Source of the DNA: Fermentimonas sp.
GTDB lineage: Bacteria > Bacteroidota > Bacteroidia > Bacteroidales > Dysgonomonadaceae
Reading direction: 5' to 3'
NCBI GenBank assembly: GCA_041859795.1
Contig: JBFLFV010000010.1
Coordinates: 19,648-83,647 of the forward strand
DNA length: 64,000 bases
Shown: piece by piece, positions 50,915-61,229 of the stretch
How positions within the stretch are numbered: the first letter of the stretch is position 1
Layout: the number at the start of each line of letters is the position of its first letter
The notes under the pieces: model-generated
Databases searched by the model: none
The model's input: the letters and a program-made list of their open reading frames with translations, nothing else
What the model was told of the DNA's origin: nothing
Program-made: the position numbers and the translations under genes

Positions 50915-52140
50915 TTGGCATCCTCCTCAGCTGAAATAATTTCATTGAAAAGATTCATAATATCCTCATTCGGATACTGACCATTTTCAAATTTAAAATA
51001 GTCTCGAAAAAGATCTTCCATACTTTGATTTAGATTGATTTTAGATTTTGTACGACCTGTTAATAAGTCCACATCTCTTACTTCTGGAATTATTGAAACT
51101 ATTCCTGAATGAGCAGAATTTATTCTTTTCCTGTCACTTACAGACAAAAATGTTTCAGACACTAATGTTAGCTCAACAAGTGAATTCTTGTTTTCTTTAA
51201 GCCATATAATTGCTTCTTCAACACTTTCTGCTCTTTTTTTTAGTAGTGGTTTAACTTCAGTAAGCTGTATTTTACTAACCTTGGCAATTTCCCCCGGTTT
51301 AGTTTCAACCATCAAAACAAACTTCTTTTGATTTGCTTCTGCAAAACTATAGGAGATAGGGCTGCCACTATAGTAGATTGGACAAGGAGTTGAGTCAACT
51401 TCCTGCATTCTGTGTAGATGACCCATTGCTACATATTGTATCATTTTAGGAATATTATCAGAATATATTTCTTGTGCACCACCCACATATAGAATTGGCT
51501 TTTCATCTTCAGGCTCCTCTGGTATTCGACCACCTTTTTTCACTAAAAACAGATGTGAAATTAAAAGATTTACACCTTTATCATCACAATGTCTTTCAGC
51601 CAGACTACTCCAATGATTATTCAGTAAATTACGTAATTCCTTATCACCATCCTCAACACCAAGAAAAGTTTTCAGTCTATATTCATTAGCATAAGGTGTA
51701 AACAAAATCCTTAAAGGATAGTTGATATCAGGCAATTTAAGCTCAAGAAAACCCTCTTCACTTTTCAAAACCTTCAGTCCTGTTTCAAGTTCAAAAATTG
51801 GTACAACAGAGTAAGGAAAACCGGCAAATATAATTCCGCACTCTCGGGCAAGCGGATCAGGTGATTCAATACGGTCAGGTGAATCATGATTACCTGCAAT
51901 AGCTATAACAGGTCTGTTTCCACCATTTGAAAGTCGCTTTAATGTTTTATAAAATAGATCCACAGCCTCGGTAGGAGGATTATATGTATCAAACAAATCG
52001 CCGGAAATAACAACAACATCAGCTTTCTCTCTTTCAGCAATTTCACATATTTCCTGCAGTACTTTTTCTTGCTCTTCAAGTCTCGAAAAATTCTCTAATC
52101 GTTTCCCTAGGTGCCAGTCAGATGTATGTAAAATTCTCAT
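50911..52140 (-). CDS. sbcD: SbcD/Mre11-like nuclease subunit
   Basis: HTSDWHLG, SGDLFD, IAGNHDS, MGHLH, YSGSP. Confidence 0.96.
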   Translation of the reverse strand: MRILHTSDWHLGKRLENFSRLEEQEKVLQEICEIAEREKADVVVISGDLFDTYNPPTEAVDLFYKTLKRLSNGGNRPVIAIAGNHDSPDRIESPDPLARECGIIFAGFPYSVVPIFELETGLKVLKSEEGFLELKLPDINYPLRILFTPYANEYRLKTFLGVEDGDKELRNLLNNHWSSLAERHCDDKGVNLLISHLFLVKKGGRIPEEPEDEKPILYVGGAQEIYSDNIPKMIQYVAMGHLHRMQEVDSTPCPIYYSGSPISYSFAEANQKKFVLMVETKPGEIAKVSKIQLTEVKPLLKKRAESVEEAIIWLKENKNSLVELTLVSETFLSVSDRKRINSAHSGIVSIIPEVRDVDLLTGRTKSKINLNQSMEDLFRDYFKFENGQYPNEDIMNLFNEIISAEEDAK

Positions 52141-52149
52141 AAAAATTAT

Positions 52150-53406
52150 TTATTCAAATTGTATAGATTTAGAAGGAGTAATTTTTGCAACCAAGTATGA
52201 CGGACCGATCATCATCAATAATGAAACTATAAGAGTGCCAATGTTTAAAAGAATAATATAAAAAGGATTCAAATCAATAGGTACAGCTGAAAGATAATAG
52301 GTTGATGGATCCAGTTTTAATACTTGATACCTATCTTGGATAAAGCAGAAAATAAGTGCTGTTAAATTCCCCCATAACATGCCTTTTCCAATTAAGAATA
52401 CTGAAAGATAAAGAAACACTTTACGTATAGAAAAATCTCTTGCACCCATTGATTTTAGAATACCAATCATATTAGTACGTTCCAAGATAATAATTAGTAA
52501 TCCTGATATCATAGTAAACCCGGACACTATAAGCATAAGAATAATAACAACCCACACATTCATGTCAAGTAAATTTAGCCAGTTGAAAATCATTGGATTT
52601 ATATCTTTAATCGAGCGTGTATATAGCGCATTGCCAAAACGATCTTTATGTTTTGCCATTTCAAAGAAAAGATCCTGAGATATTAAATCAAGATTATCAT
52701 AATCATTAACTAAAACTTCAATACCACTTGCCATATCATCGTCCCAACCATTTAAATTTGCCAATACCTCCTTATTAGTTATAATAAAAAGCTGATCATA
52801 ATCTTTAAAATTGGTTTCGTATACACCCACAATATCAAATCTTCGGGCACGTACAGGATCCTGAATGAAATAACAAGTAAACTTATCTCCAAGCTTTAAA
52901 TGTAATTTGTCAGCGATATTTTTTGAAATAATTGCTTGACCACCACCAATAGTATCATTTATCTGTATAATATTTCCATCTATAAGGTTAGTTTTGAAGA
53001 AATCCCAATTATAACTTTCCGAGACACCCTTTAAAACTACGCCCATAAAATTTTCATCTGTTTTTACAATTCCCGGCTTTATAATAAACTCCTGAAAATG
53101 GGCGATATCTTTATTTGAACTAAGGTTTAACTTAAGATTATCATCAACAGCAATTGGTGAATGCTCATATGATGTATTGTTTTCAAAAGAAGTTATTTGG
53201 ATATGTGAACCAAAGCCAATAACTTTTCCTCTAACTTCATTTTTAAATCCAATAATTATACAAACTGCAACAATCATCACCGCAAGTCCAAGTGCTATTC
53301 CAATAATGGCAATCTTGATAGCAGGAGAAGATACCTGTTTTTTATTATTACTCTCTCCTTTATAAATCCTTCTAGCTATGAAAAGTTCTGTATTCACCGG
53401 TGTCAA
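52150..53406 (-). CDS. LolE/FtsX-like ABC transporter permease
   Basis: N-terminal TM, periplasmic domain, LERTNMIGILKSMGA and C-terminal TMs. Confidence 0.88.
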   Translation of the reverse strand: MTPVNTELFIARRIYKGESNNKKQVSSPAIKIAIIGIALGLAVMIVAVCIIIGFKNEVRGKVIGFGSHIQITSFENNTSYEHSPIAVDDNLKLNLSSNKDIAHFQEFIIKPGIVKTDENFMGVVLKGVSESYNWDFFKTNLIDGNIIQINDTIGGGQAIISKNIADKLHLKLGDKFTCYFIQDPVRARRFDIVGVYETNFKDYDQLFIITNKEVLANLNGWDDDMASGIEVLVNDYDNLDLISQDLFFEMAKHKDRFGNALYTRSIKDINPMIFNWLNLLDMNVWVVIILMLIVSGFTMISGLLIIILERTNMIGILKSMGARDFSIRKVFLYLSVFLIGKGMLWGNLTALIFCFIQDRYQVLKLDPSTYYLSAVPIDLNPFYIILLNIGTLIVSLLMMIGPSYLVAKITPSKSIQFE

Positions 53407-53573
53407 TAGTTATTTAGACAAAGATAATAAAAAGGTGGAAAAAATTAGATGTGATTCTTTCCAATACTTGATTTTTGAATGTTTAACACAAATTTTCTAT
53501 GTTTGGTGTTTTGATTATAAGATAATGACTACTTTTGTCCTTTGATGAAAAAATCTAATAAATTAAATACTTT

Positions 53574-54380
53574 ATGAAAAGGAATTGGATCCTAATACTA
53601 ATTATTCTATCAACCGGACTGTTAACATCATGTTTTCAGGATAGCAAGAAAAATAACGGAAGTTACAGGAAAGGTTGGACCCTTATCTGGGAGGAAAATT
53701 TTGATGAATCAATTAGTGAAACTGCATGGACTAAAATACCTAGAGGTACACTTCACTCTTACAGATACATGAGTGATAGTGCTGCTCTATATAATACTCT
53801 TAATGGATCCCTTGTTTTAAGTGCTATTTCGAATCCTAATGAAGACCCCAAATTGCCATTTCTTACTGGAGGTATTAATAGGAATGGGATATCTTCAGGA
53901 GAAATAAGAAGAATAGAAGTACGAGCCAGAATTACACCAACTCCTGGAGTTACACCATATGTCTCACTTGTTCCTTCGGATGGAACTGAAAGCATTGGAA
54001 TTGATATTGTAGAACAATATGGTACAGATGATTTTATATATCAGTCAATTTCTTCAGAATATACAACAACTCATGGAATGGCCGATAATCCACCATCCAC
54101 AACATTGATTGGAGTAAATCCTTACGACTACCATACATTTGGAGTAGAAAAATATCCGGACAGTATTGTATTTATAGTTAACAATCTACGAACAAAAAAG
54201 TATCCCCGTATACCTACGGAGATACCGGGACAATTTCCTTTTGATGACTATGACTTAGAGTTACTAATTGGCTTAAGGATCAACAAAGACACTGACCCCG
54301 AACTATTACCTGTTAATTTTGAAATTGACTGGGTCAGGTATTATGAGCTTGACGAACAAGTAGCAACAGTTAATGAGTAA
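53574..54380 (+). CDS. GH16-like lipoprotein (catalytic motif degenerate)
   Basis: LLTSC lipobox; WTLIWEENF, RIEVRAR, GIDIVE, YHTFGVEK, VDW-like EIDWVRYY. Confidence 0.75.
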   Translation: MKRNWILILIILSTGLLTSCFQDSKKNNGSYRKGWTLIWEENFDESISETAWTKIPRGTLHSYRYMSDSAALYNTLNGSLVLSAISNPNEDPKLPFLTGGINRNGISSGEIRRIEVRARITPTPGVTPYVSLVPSDGTESIGIDIVEQYGTDDFIYQSISSEYTTTHGMADNPPSTTLIGVNPYDYHTFGVEKYPDSIVFIVNNLRTKKYPRIPTEIPGQFPFDDYDLELLIGLRINKDTDPELLPVNFEIDWVRYYELDEQVATVNE

Positions 54381-54393
54381 TAATCAAGACTAA

Positions 54394-54852
54394 CTATAAG
54401 GGAAAGCTATGAGACAATAGTCTATCTTCCGCAAGTTTTTGAAATTTTGTATTTTCTCTTCCCCAATTTACATATGGGTAAATACTAATTCCTCCGCGTG
54501 GAGTAAAAATACCGGTAACTTCAATATACTTTGGATTCATAAGTTTGATTAAATCTTTCATAATAATATTGACACAATCTTCATGAAATGAACCATGATT
54601 TCTGAAACTGAATAGATATAACTTCAAACTCTTACTTTCAACCATTTTGATGTCCGGGATATAATCAATTCTAATTGTTGCAAAATCAGGTTGACTTGTA
54701 ATAGGGCATAGGCTTGTAAACTCAGGGCAATCAAAAGTCACCCAATAATCGTTTCCTTGATGCTTATTTTCGAATGCTTCCAGTACCTCCGGAGCATAAT
54801 CCTGTTTATACTCTGTCTTGCTCCCCAAATGAGTTAATCCTTTTTCTTCCAT
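54394..54852 (-). CDS. queF: preQ0 reductase QueF (type I)
   Basis: [37 protein letters not shown]. Confidence 0.97.
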   Translation of the reverse strand: MEEKGLTHLGSKTEYKQDYAPEVLEAFENKHQGNDYWVTFDCPEFTSLCPITSQPDFATIRIDYIPDIKMVESKSLKLYLFSFRNHGSFHEDCVNIIMKDLIKLMNPKYIEVTGIFTPRGGISIYPYVNWGRENTKFQKLAEDRLLSHSFPL

Positions 54853-54897
54853 TATTAACTGTTTAAATATTGCTGCTAATTATTGCTGCTAATTATT

Positions 54898-55560
54898 TCA
54901 CCTTGTTCTTAAAAACTCCTCCAACCCTTTATTCCTAAGAAGACAAGCCGGACAATGTCCGCATCCATCTGCCATAACACCATTATAACATGTAAGAGTC
55001 TCATCCTTTACAATATCAAAAACACCAAGTTCATCTGCTAATTGCCAAATCTTCTTTTTATCAAGCCACATAAGTGGAGTGTGAATTATAAACTGACGAT
55101 CCATTGCTAAATTAAGAGTTGTATTTGCTGATCGGATAAAAGTATCTCTACAATCGGGATAACCACTGTAATCCGCTTCAGATACACCGGTAACTATATG
55201 TTTAATTCCCTCTTCATATGCCAATGTGGCTGCAAAAGTAAGGAAAAGTAAATTTCTTCCCGGTACAAAAGTATTAGGATGCGAGTGCGCTGGTTTCTCA
55301 TTATCCATATCAAGCGAGCTATCAGTTAATGAATTCTTGGCCAACTTTGAAATCACACTTGTATCCAGTACTCTAAATGGCACATCTGCTTTAAATGCAA
55401 GGTTTCGTGCATTTTCTACCTCCTGTGAATGTCTCTGTCCATATATGAAACAAATTGCAGATACTTTTTCAAAATTCTGTTTTGCCCAATATAAGCAAGT
55501 AGTAGAGTCTTGTCCACCTGAAAAGAGAACAAGTGCTTCATCTTTATTATCATCTATCAT
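54898..55560 (-). CDS. queC: 7-cyano-7-deazaguanine synthase QueC
   Basis: [34 protein letters not shown]...[10 protein letters not shown]. Start is probably 55560. Confidence 0.97.
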   Translation of the reverse strand: MIDDNKDEALVLFSGGQDSTTCLYWAKQNFEKVSAICFIYGQRHSQEVENARNLAFKADVPFRVLDTSVISKLAKNSLTDSSLDMDNEKPAHSHPNTFVPGRNLLFLTFAATLAYEEGIKHIVTGVSEADYSGYPDCRDTFIRSANTTLNLAMDRQFIIHTPLMWLDKKKIWQLADELGVFDIVKDETLTCYNGVMADGCGHCPACLLRNKGLEEFLRTR

Positions 55561-55562
55561 AA

Positions 55563-55600
55563 ATCTTTGTTTTTTAATGTGGTTCCCTAAGATACACAGT
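55563..55600 (-). ncRNA. Probable preQ1 class I riboswitch aptamer
   Basis: UGUG-UAUCUUAGGGAAC-CACA-UUAAAAAAC-AAAGAU: P1 stem, loop from U to AAC, A-rich tail, loop-tail pseudoknot pairing; directly upstream of queC. Confidence 0.7.
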
Positions 55601-55989
55601 AAAATTGATGTTTTACATTGCAAAAATATACATAATTTTGATAGCTGTCAATTTAATATTATTCTTAGAATCAGGTATAATTAACATAATAATGTAATTG
55701 ATATATAATCTGGAGAGTATAGATTTAGTTGTATTAACATATTTTGCAATTTTAAGATCATATATAATATGAATAGAAGTAAAATAAGCCGTCCAAATTT
55801 CACAATTCGAACGGCTCCACAATTAAGGTGTCATATAAAAATGACAGTGTCACAAAAATAATTCTTTTTTGTCTACTTTCTAAGCTTTTAACAAAAAACT
55901 TGTATTTAGATGTAAAAATCATTTCAAGTTGATTTATTTAGTATATAATACCATATTGTAAATTAAAGTAAATTATTCAGCCATTTGCT

Positions 55990-56048
55990 TTCGTAGCAAA
56001 ATCGTAACAAAAATGTAGCAGAAATGTTACTTACAAATTGTATTTTTG
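55990..56048 (+). promoter_or_regulatory. Pho-box-like 11-bp direct repeats and pstS -7 box
   Basis: TTCGTAGCAAA ATCGTAACAAA AATGTAGCAGA AATGTTACTTA, then TATTTTTG at 56041. Confidence 0.6.
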
Positions 56049-56087
56049 CATAGAATCTTTGAAACAAGTTAATTTAGGTTTAGTTTA

Positions 56088-57164
56088 ATGAGGAAATTGT
56101 TTTTGATTTTACTCTTCTCTGCCTTACTTTGTTCTTGTAACAATAGTATGTCAAAACAGGGAGGAAGCAATACACGAAGTTCTATATCGGGAGCCGGCGC
56201 AACATTCCCATATCCATTTTACAATATTATATTCCGTGATTTCATGAAAGTGAATCAAGGAACTACAGTTAACTATGGAGCTATAGGTAGTGGTGGAGGT
56301 ATAAGAAGTTTGCGTGACCACTCTGTTGATTTTGGTGCAACTGATGCTTTTCTTAATAATAATGAAATTAAATCCATGAAAGACGAAGTTATTCATATAG
56401 CAACATGTATGGGTGGCGTAGTAATGGCATATTCATTAGAAAATGTAGATAGCTTGAGGTTGACCGGACCATTAATTTCAGATATATATTTAGGAAATAT
56501 AAAAAGATGGAATGACCCCCGTTTATCAGCTATTAATCCTTCTGTTAATTTACCGGATCTTGAAATTACTCCGGTATATAGATCGGATGGCAGCGGAACA
56601 ACTTTCAATTTTTCAGAATACCTTTCGGTTGTAAGCAATGAATGGAGTCAAAATATGGGAAAAGGGAAGTCATTGAAATGGCCAGTTGGAATTGCAGCTA
56701 AAGGTAATCCCGGAGTAGCCGGTATAGTGCAACAAACAAACGGATCAATTGGATATATTGGATCTGAATATGCACTTACATTAAGACTGCCATCTGCTAA
56801 ATTAAAAAATAAAGCAGGTAACTATGTAGATGCAAATTTAGAAACCATTTCTGCATCAGCAAATGTATCATTGCCTGACGATATGCGTGCTACAATAACT
56901 AACTCAGACGACCCTAATGCATATCCAATAAGTCTTTTTACTTGGATATTGGTATATAAAAATCAACAATATGATAACAGATCTCCCGAAGAAGCATATA
57001 AATTGGTAGAACTACTCGAGTATATCATTAGTCCTGATGCTCAAAAAGTAGCTACTCAAATTAATTTTGCACCACTTCCGGAAGAAGCAATAAATAAAAA
57101 CAGGAAACTTATCGATCAGATTAATTATGGAGGAGCAGAAATATTAAAATCTGAGAATCTTTAA
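56088..57164 (+). CDS. pstS: Phosphate ABC transporter binding lipoprotein
   Basis: GAGATFPYP, GSGGG, RSDGSGTT, GSIGY, YPISLFTW. Confidence 0.96.
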   Translation: MRKLFLILLFSALLCSCNNSMSKQGGSNTRSSISGAGATFPYPFYNIIFRDFMKVNQGTTVNYGAIGSGGGIRSLRDHSVDFGATDAFLNNNEIKSMKDEVIHIATCMGGVVMAYSLENVDSLRLTGPLISDIYLGNIKRWNDPRLSAINPSVNLPDLEITPVYRSDGSGTTFNFSEYLSVVSNEWSQNMGKGKSLKWPVGIAAKGNPGVAGIVQQTNGSIGYIGSEYALTLRLPSAKLKNKAGNYVDANLETISASANVSLPDDMRATITNSDDPNAYPISLFTWILVYKNQQYDNRSPEEAYKLVELLEYIISPDAQKVATQINFAPLPEEAINKNRKLIDQINYGGAEILKSENL

Positions 57165-57169
57165 AAATA

Positions 57170-58027
57170 ATGAAGGACAAGATATTTAAGACCTTTCTTT
57201 TTATAGCAGCAATAATTGTTTTGTTGCTGACAGCTGCTGTTGTTTATGCACTTGTAAACAGGTCCGCAGATGCTTTTAACGAGTATGGTGTTTGGGGATT
57301 TATTACAAACTCCGAATGGGACCCTCGTCCTGCCACAGAAGAGTATGGTGCATTATCATTTATAATCGGCACATTATATACAGCATTTTTTGCACTTCTT
57401 CTTTGTATTCCCTTTTCACTTGCAGTAGCTCTTTTTAACGGTGAATACTTTAAAGGAAAGAAGATTTCTTCGATTGTAAGATCAGTTGTTGATTTGTTAG
57501 CAGGAATTCCTTCAATAGTTTACGGACTGTGGGGATTTTATGCGGTGCGACCAATTGTAATTGAACTAGGAATAAATGCACAGGGATTTGGTATATTTTT
57601 GTCATCTTTTGTTCTGGCCATCATGATCATACCTTACGCATCTTCCCTAAGTACAGAATTTATATCTATGGTACCCAACAATCTAAAAGAGGGTGCTTAT
57701 AGCCTGGGAGCAACAAGGTTAGAAGTAATACAAAACATAAGCCTGCCAACCGCAAGCTCAGGAATTGTTTCTGCTTATATACTGGCTTTGGGACGTGCAT
57801 TAGGAGAAACAATGGCTGTAACAATGCTTATAGGTAATACTGATAGAATTCCACAAGGCATTCGCGACACCGGCAATACAATGGCCAGTGTTATAGCTAA
57901 TCAGTTTGGTGAAGCAGACGGAGTGAAACTTAGTTCACTTATAGCTATTGGATTATTGCTGTTTATTTTAACAGCAATAATAAATTTGATAGCAAAATTA
58001 ATAATGAAAAGAACATCTCGTGTATGA
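57170..58027 (+). CDS. pstC: Phosphate ABC permease
   Basis: LLAGIPSIVYG, ALGRALGETMAV. Confidence 0.95.
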   Translation: MKDKIFKTFLFIAAIIVLLLTAAVVYALVNRSADAFNEYGVWGFITNSEWDPRPATEEYGALSFIIGTLYTAFFALLLCIPFSLAVALFNGEYFKGKKISSIVRSVVDLLAGIPSIVYGLWGFYAVRPIVIELGINAQGFGIFLSSFVLAIMIIPYASSLSTEFISMVPNNLKEGAYSLGATRLEVIQNISLPTASSGIVSAYILALGRALGETMAVTMLIGNTDRIPQGIRDTGNTMASVIANQFGEADGVKLSSLIAIGLLLFILTAIINLIAKLIMKRTSRV

Positions 58028-58899
58028 GTACAGGTATAACAAAATCATTTAACTTCAGAAGAATTAAAAGCAATCTATTATTTTGGATAGTTTGTCTGTT
58101 TTCTTTTATGGCAATGATTCCATTATTTTTAATTTTATGGGAAGTTGTATCAGAGGGATATAAAAATTTCAATATAAGATTATTTACTGAAGTAACGCCT
58201 TCTTCAATGGATGCTTTATTGGCAAAGATGAACGGTGAATCAATACCCGGCGGTATACTAAATGGTATCACCGGAACCATTCTAATTGTTGGTTTAGCAA
58301 TCTTATTTTCTGTACCTTTGGGATTATTCATCGGAATATATCTTTCGGATAATAGAGATAAAAAATTTGCTAAAGTAGTAAGTTTTCTAACTGATCTACT
58401 TCAAGGTATGCCATCTATTGTTGTCGGAATTATCGCGTACGCTTGGGTAGTAAAAAGCCTTGGCAGTTATTCCGCATTAGCCGGGAGTGTAGCATTAACA
58501 ATAATGATGTTACCAATGATTGTGCGTTCAACAGAAGAAACTTTAAAAATGCTGCCTCGTTCATATAAAGAGGCGGGGCTTGCTTTAGGGTCCTCTTATA
58601 CAAATGTAGTGTTTAACATACTGCTTCCTTCTGGTTTTGGAGGTATTTTCACAGGTATCTTACTGGCAATATCACGCATAATGGGCGAATCTGCTCCACT
58701 CATGTTAACTGCTTTGGGGGCATCTGTAGTAAACTGGAGTGTTATGGAGCCTACAAGTGCAATACCATTGCTTATTTGGGAGTTTTATAATGATCCCAAT
58801 CTTGTAGATCTTGTATGGTCTTCATCACTTTTATTATTAATATTCATATTCCTTTTAAACTGGATAGCTAAAATAGTAGCAAATAAATGGAAAATATAA
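58024..58899 (+). CDS. pstA: Phosphate ABC permease
   Basis: [20 protein letters not shown]. Confidence 0.95.
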   Translation: MSTGITKSFNFRRIKSNLLFWIVCLFSFMAMIPLFLILWEVVSEGYKNFNIRLFTEVTPSSMDALLAKMNGESIPGGILNGITGTILIVGLAILFSVPLGLFIGIYLSDNRDKKFAKVVSFLTDLLQGMPSIVVGIIAYAWVVKSLGSYSALAGSVALTIMMLPMIVRSTEETLKMLPRSYKEAGLALGSSYTNVVFNILLPSGFGGIFTGILLAISRIMGESAPLMLTALGASVVNWSVMEPTSAIPLLIWEFYNDPNLVDLVWSSSLLLLIFIFLLNWIAKIVANKWKI

Positions 58900-59672
58900 A
58901 AACATCAAATGCAGAAAAGCCCATCCTTCAACTAAAGGACGTGTCTGTATCTTATTCACCCGGTACATTTGCTGTTAAAAATGTATCAACTGATATATCC
59001 CCAAATACTATTACCGCCATCATGGGACCTTCGGGATGTGGAAAGAGTACACTACTTCGTGCAATAAACAGATTGCATGATCTATATGCAAATATAAGTA
59101 CTACAGGAGAGATTATTCTGGATGGCGAAAATGTTCTTAACATGGACCCTATGAAAGTGCGTCGTATAGCCGGAATGGTTTTTCAACAGCCAAATCCTTT
59201 CCCTACTATGAGCATTTATGAAAATGTTTTAGCAGGGTATAAGCTAAATGGAATACGACTAAAAAAAAGGGAAAAAGATCAAATTGTGGAAGAGAGCTTA
59301 AAAAGTGTTGCACTGTGGAATGAAGTGAAAGATGTAATGAGTAAGCGTGGATCCTTTCTCTCGGGAGGTCAGCAACAACGCCTTTGTATTGCACGAACAC
59401 TTGCTTTAAAGCCGGATCTGCTGCTTATGGACGAACCCACTTCTGCTCTTGATCCAATCTCAACGAACAAAGTTGAAGAATTATTGTTGGAATTGAAGAG
59501 GAATTACACAATTATCGTTGTGACTCACAACATGTCACAAGCTGCACGAATTTCTGATAATTCTATGTTTATGTATTTGGGAGAGCTAGTTGAGCATGGA
59601 AATACAACACAAATGTTTACTAAACCAAAGAATAAACGAACTGAAGAGTATCTGACAGGAGTATTTGGATAA
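58887..59672 (+). CDS. pstB: Phosphate ABC ATPase
   Basis: [40 protein letters not shown]. Confidence 0.97.
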   Translation: MENIKTSNAEKPILQLKDVSVSYSPGTFAVKNVSTDISPNTITAIMGPSGCGKSTLLRAINRLHDLYANISTTGEIILDGENVLNMDPMKVRRIAGMVFQQPNPFPTMSIYENVLAGYKLNGIRLKKREKDQIVEESLKSVALWNEVKDVMSKRGSFLSGGQQQRLCIARTLALKPDLLLMDEPTSALDPISTNKVEELLLELKRNYTIIVVTHNMSQAARISDNSMFMYLGELVEHGNTTQMFTKPKNKRTEEYLTGVFG

Positions 59673-59728
59673 TTCAGTAAATGAGACAAATACTTAAATG
59701 ACTTTATATATGTACTTTTGATAAAATA

Positions 59729-60496
59729 ATGTCGCTAATGGAAACACATAACAAAAATAATGAATCAACCAAGGTTGTTGGTATCAAAGATAAATATCTT
59801 AATCAACTACACAGTGATTTTCAATTGCTTTCTGAGATAGTTCTCACACAGATGATTAAAGCTGATGAATTAGTATACGAAAATCACAACAATGATGTTA
59901 TCTCGATATTAAAAAGGAACGAGAAAATAATAAACTCCTTAGATATTACAATCAGAGAGAAAGTTATAAACGCTATAATGCTTTTCACTCCAAGAGCATC
60001 GGATTTGCGTAGGTTGATGGCATATCACGACATAACAATTTCTATGGAAAGGGTAGGCGATTTAATCGAAAATATCAGCTTAGCCCTACAGGAAATGGAT
60101 TTCACATATCAAGGATTTGGCAATTACCAAAAACTGTTGAGTAAAATGTTTACTCAGACAGACAAAATGCTTAGACAGGCTGTTTACGCATTTTCGGGAG
60201 TGAGTCATGAGATGGCATATGACACTATTTTAATGGATGATAAAGTTGATAAGCTAGAGCGTAAAATTGAACGAAAACTTGCAAGTGATTTTAATGGGCA
60301 AGTATTAGACTCCCAGACACTAGTTAACATTATGAATTTGAGCAATATATCTTATTATCTCGAGCGAATAGGCGATAAAGCAGTTGATATTGCAGAATCT
60401 GCAGTTTATCTAATAGAGGGAAAGGATATACGTCATGATAAAGTAGTGAAAGTTGATAATAAATCAAACAATAAAGAAGATAAAAAGAACGAGTAA
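59729..60496 (+). CDS. phoU: Phosphate signalling protein PhoU
   Basis: ERVGDLIENI / LERIGDKAVDIAE repeats; located after pstB. Confidence 0.92.
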   Translation: MSLMETHNKNNESTKVVGIKDKYLNQLHSDFQLLSEIVLTQMIKADELVYENHNNDVISILKRNEKIINSLDITIREKVINAIMLFTPRASDLRRLMAYHDITISMERVGDLIENISLALQEMDFTYQGFGNYQKLLSKMFTQTDKMLRQAVYAFSGVSHEMAYDTILMDDKVDKLERKIERKLASDFNGQVLDSQTLVNIMNLSNISYYLERIGDKAVDIAESAVYLIEGKDIRHDKVVKVDNKSNNKEDKKNE

Positions 60497-60518
60497 GTTT
60501 TTATTAATACTTTAAATA

Positions 60519-61214
60519 ATGGAAGAGAGGATTTTGGTTGTTGATGATGAAAAAGATATTTGCGATATTCTTCACTTCAATCTCGAAAAAGCAGGATATA
60601 TTGTAGATGTTGCATCATCAGGAGAAGAAGCATTAGAAGTATTAACAGATGTACATCAACTTATTATACTTGACGTAATGATGGATGGTATATCGGGATT
60701 TAAGTTTGCGGAAAAATTAAGGAAAAATAATAACTTCACACCCATTATTTTTCTAACTGCCAAAAACACCGAAAACGATGTGCTTACGGGATTCTCCCTT
60801 GGAGGTGATGATTATATTGCAAAGCCATTTTCAATAAAAGAGGTTATTGCCCGTGTAAAAGCACTTATAAAACGAACGTCAATAATTTCACAGCCTGCCG
60901 AGACAAAATGGTCTTATAAAGGATTTACCGTTGATATTCCTGCTAATCGTGTTGCAATTGACGATGTTGAGATTTCGTTAACTAAAAAAGAATTTGAAAT
61001 CCTAACACTATTGGTGCAGGCATCACCCAATATACTTACCAGATCTGAAATACTTAACAGTGTATGGGGTGATAATGAATATGTTCTTGATCGAACGGTT
61101 GACGTTCATATAACTCGTTTGAGGAAAAAGCTTGGAGACTATGCATCAATTATTGTAAATAGATCAGGATTTGGATACTACTTGAATCTTGATGAGAAAA
61201 CTGAGGGTGAGTAA
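60519..61214 (+). CDS. OmpR-family response regulator (PhoB/PhoP-like)
   Basis: Receiver domain plus winged helix (RTVDVHITRLRKKLG); pst context. Confidence 0.9.
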   Translation: MEERILVVDDEKDICDILHFNLEKAGYIVDVASSGEEALEVLTDVHQLIILDVMMDGISGFKFAEKLRKNNNFTPIIFLTAKNTENDVLTGFSLGGDDYIAKPFSIKEVIARVKALIKRTSIISQPAETKWSYKGFTVDIPANRVAIDDVEISLTKKEFEILTLLVQASPNILTRSEILNSVWGDNEYVLDRTVDVHITRLRKKLGDYASIIVNRSGFGYYLNLDEKTEGE

Positions 61215-61229
61215 AAAATCACAAATTGT

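Noticed and set aside
55829-55852. TGTCA-N8-TGACA-G-TGTCA palindromic cluster between queC and pstS
   Set aside because: Only 5-bp half-sites in AT-rich DNA; no cognate regulator can be assigned.
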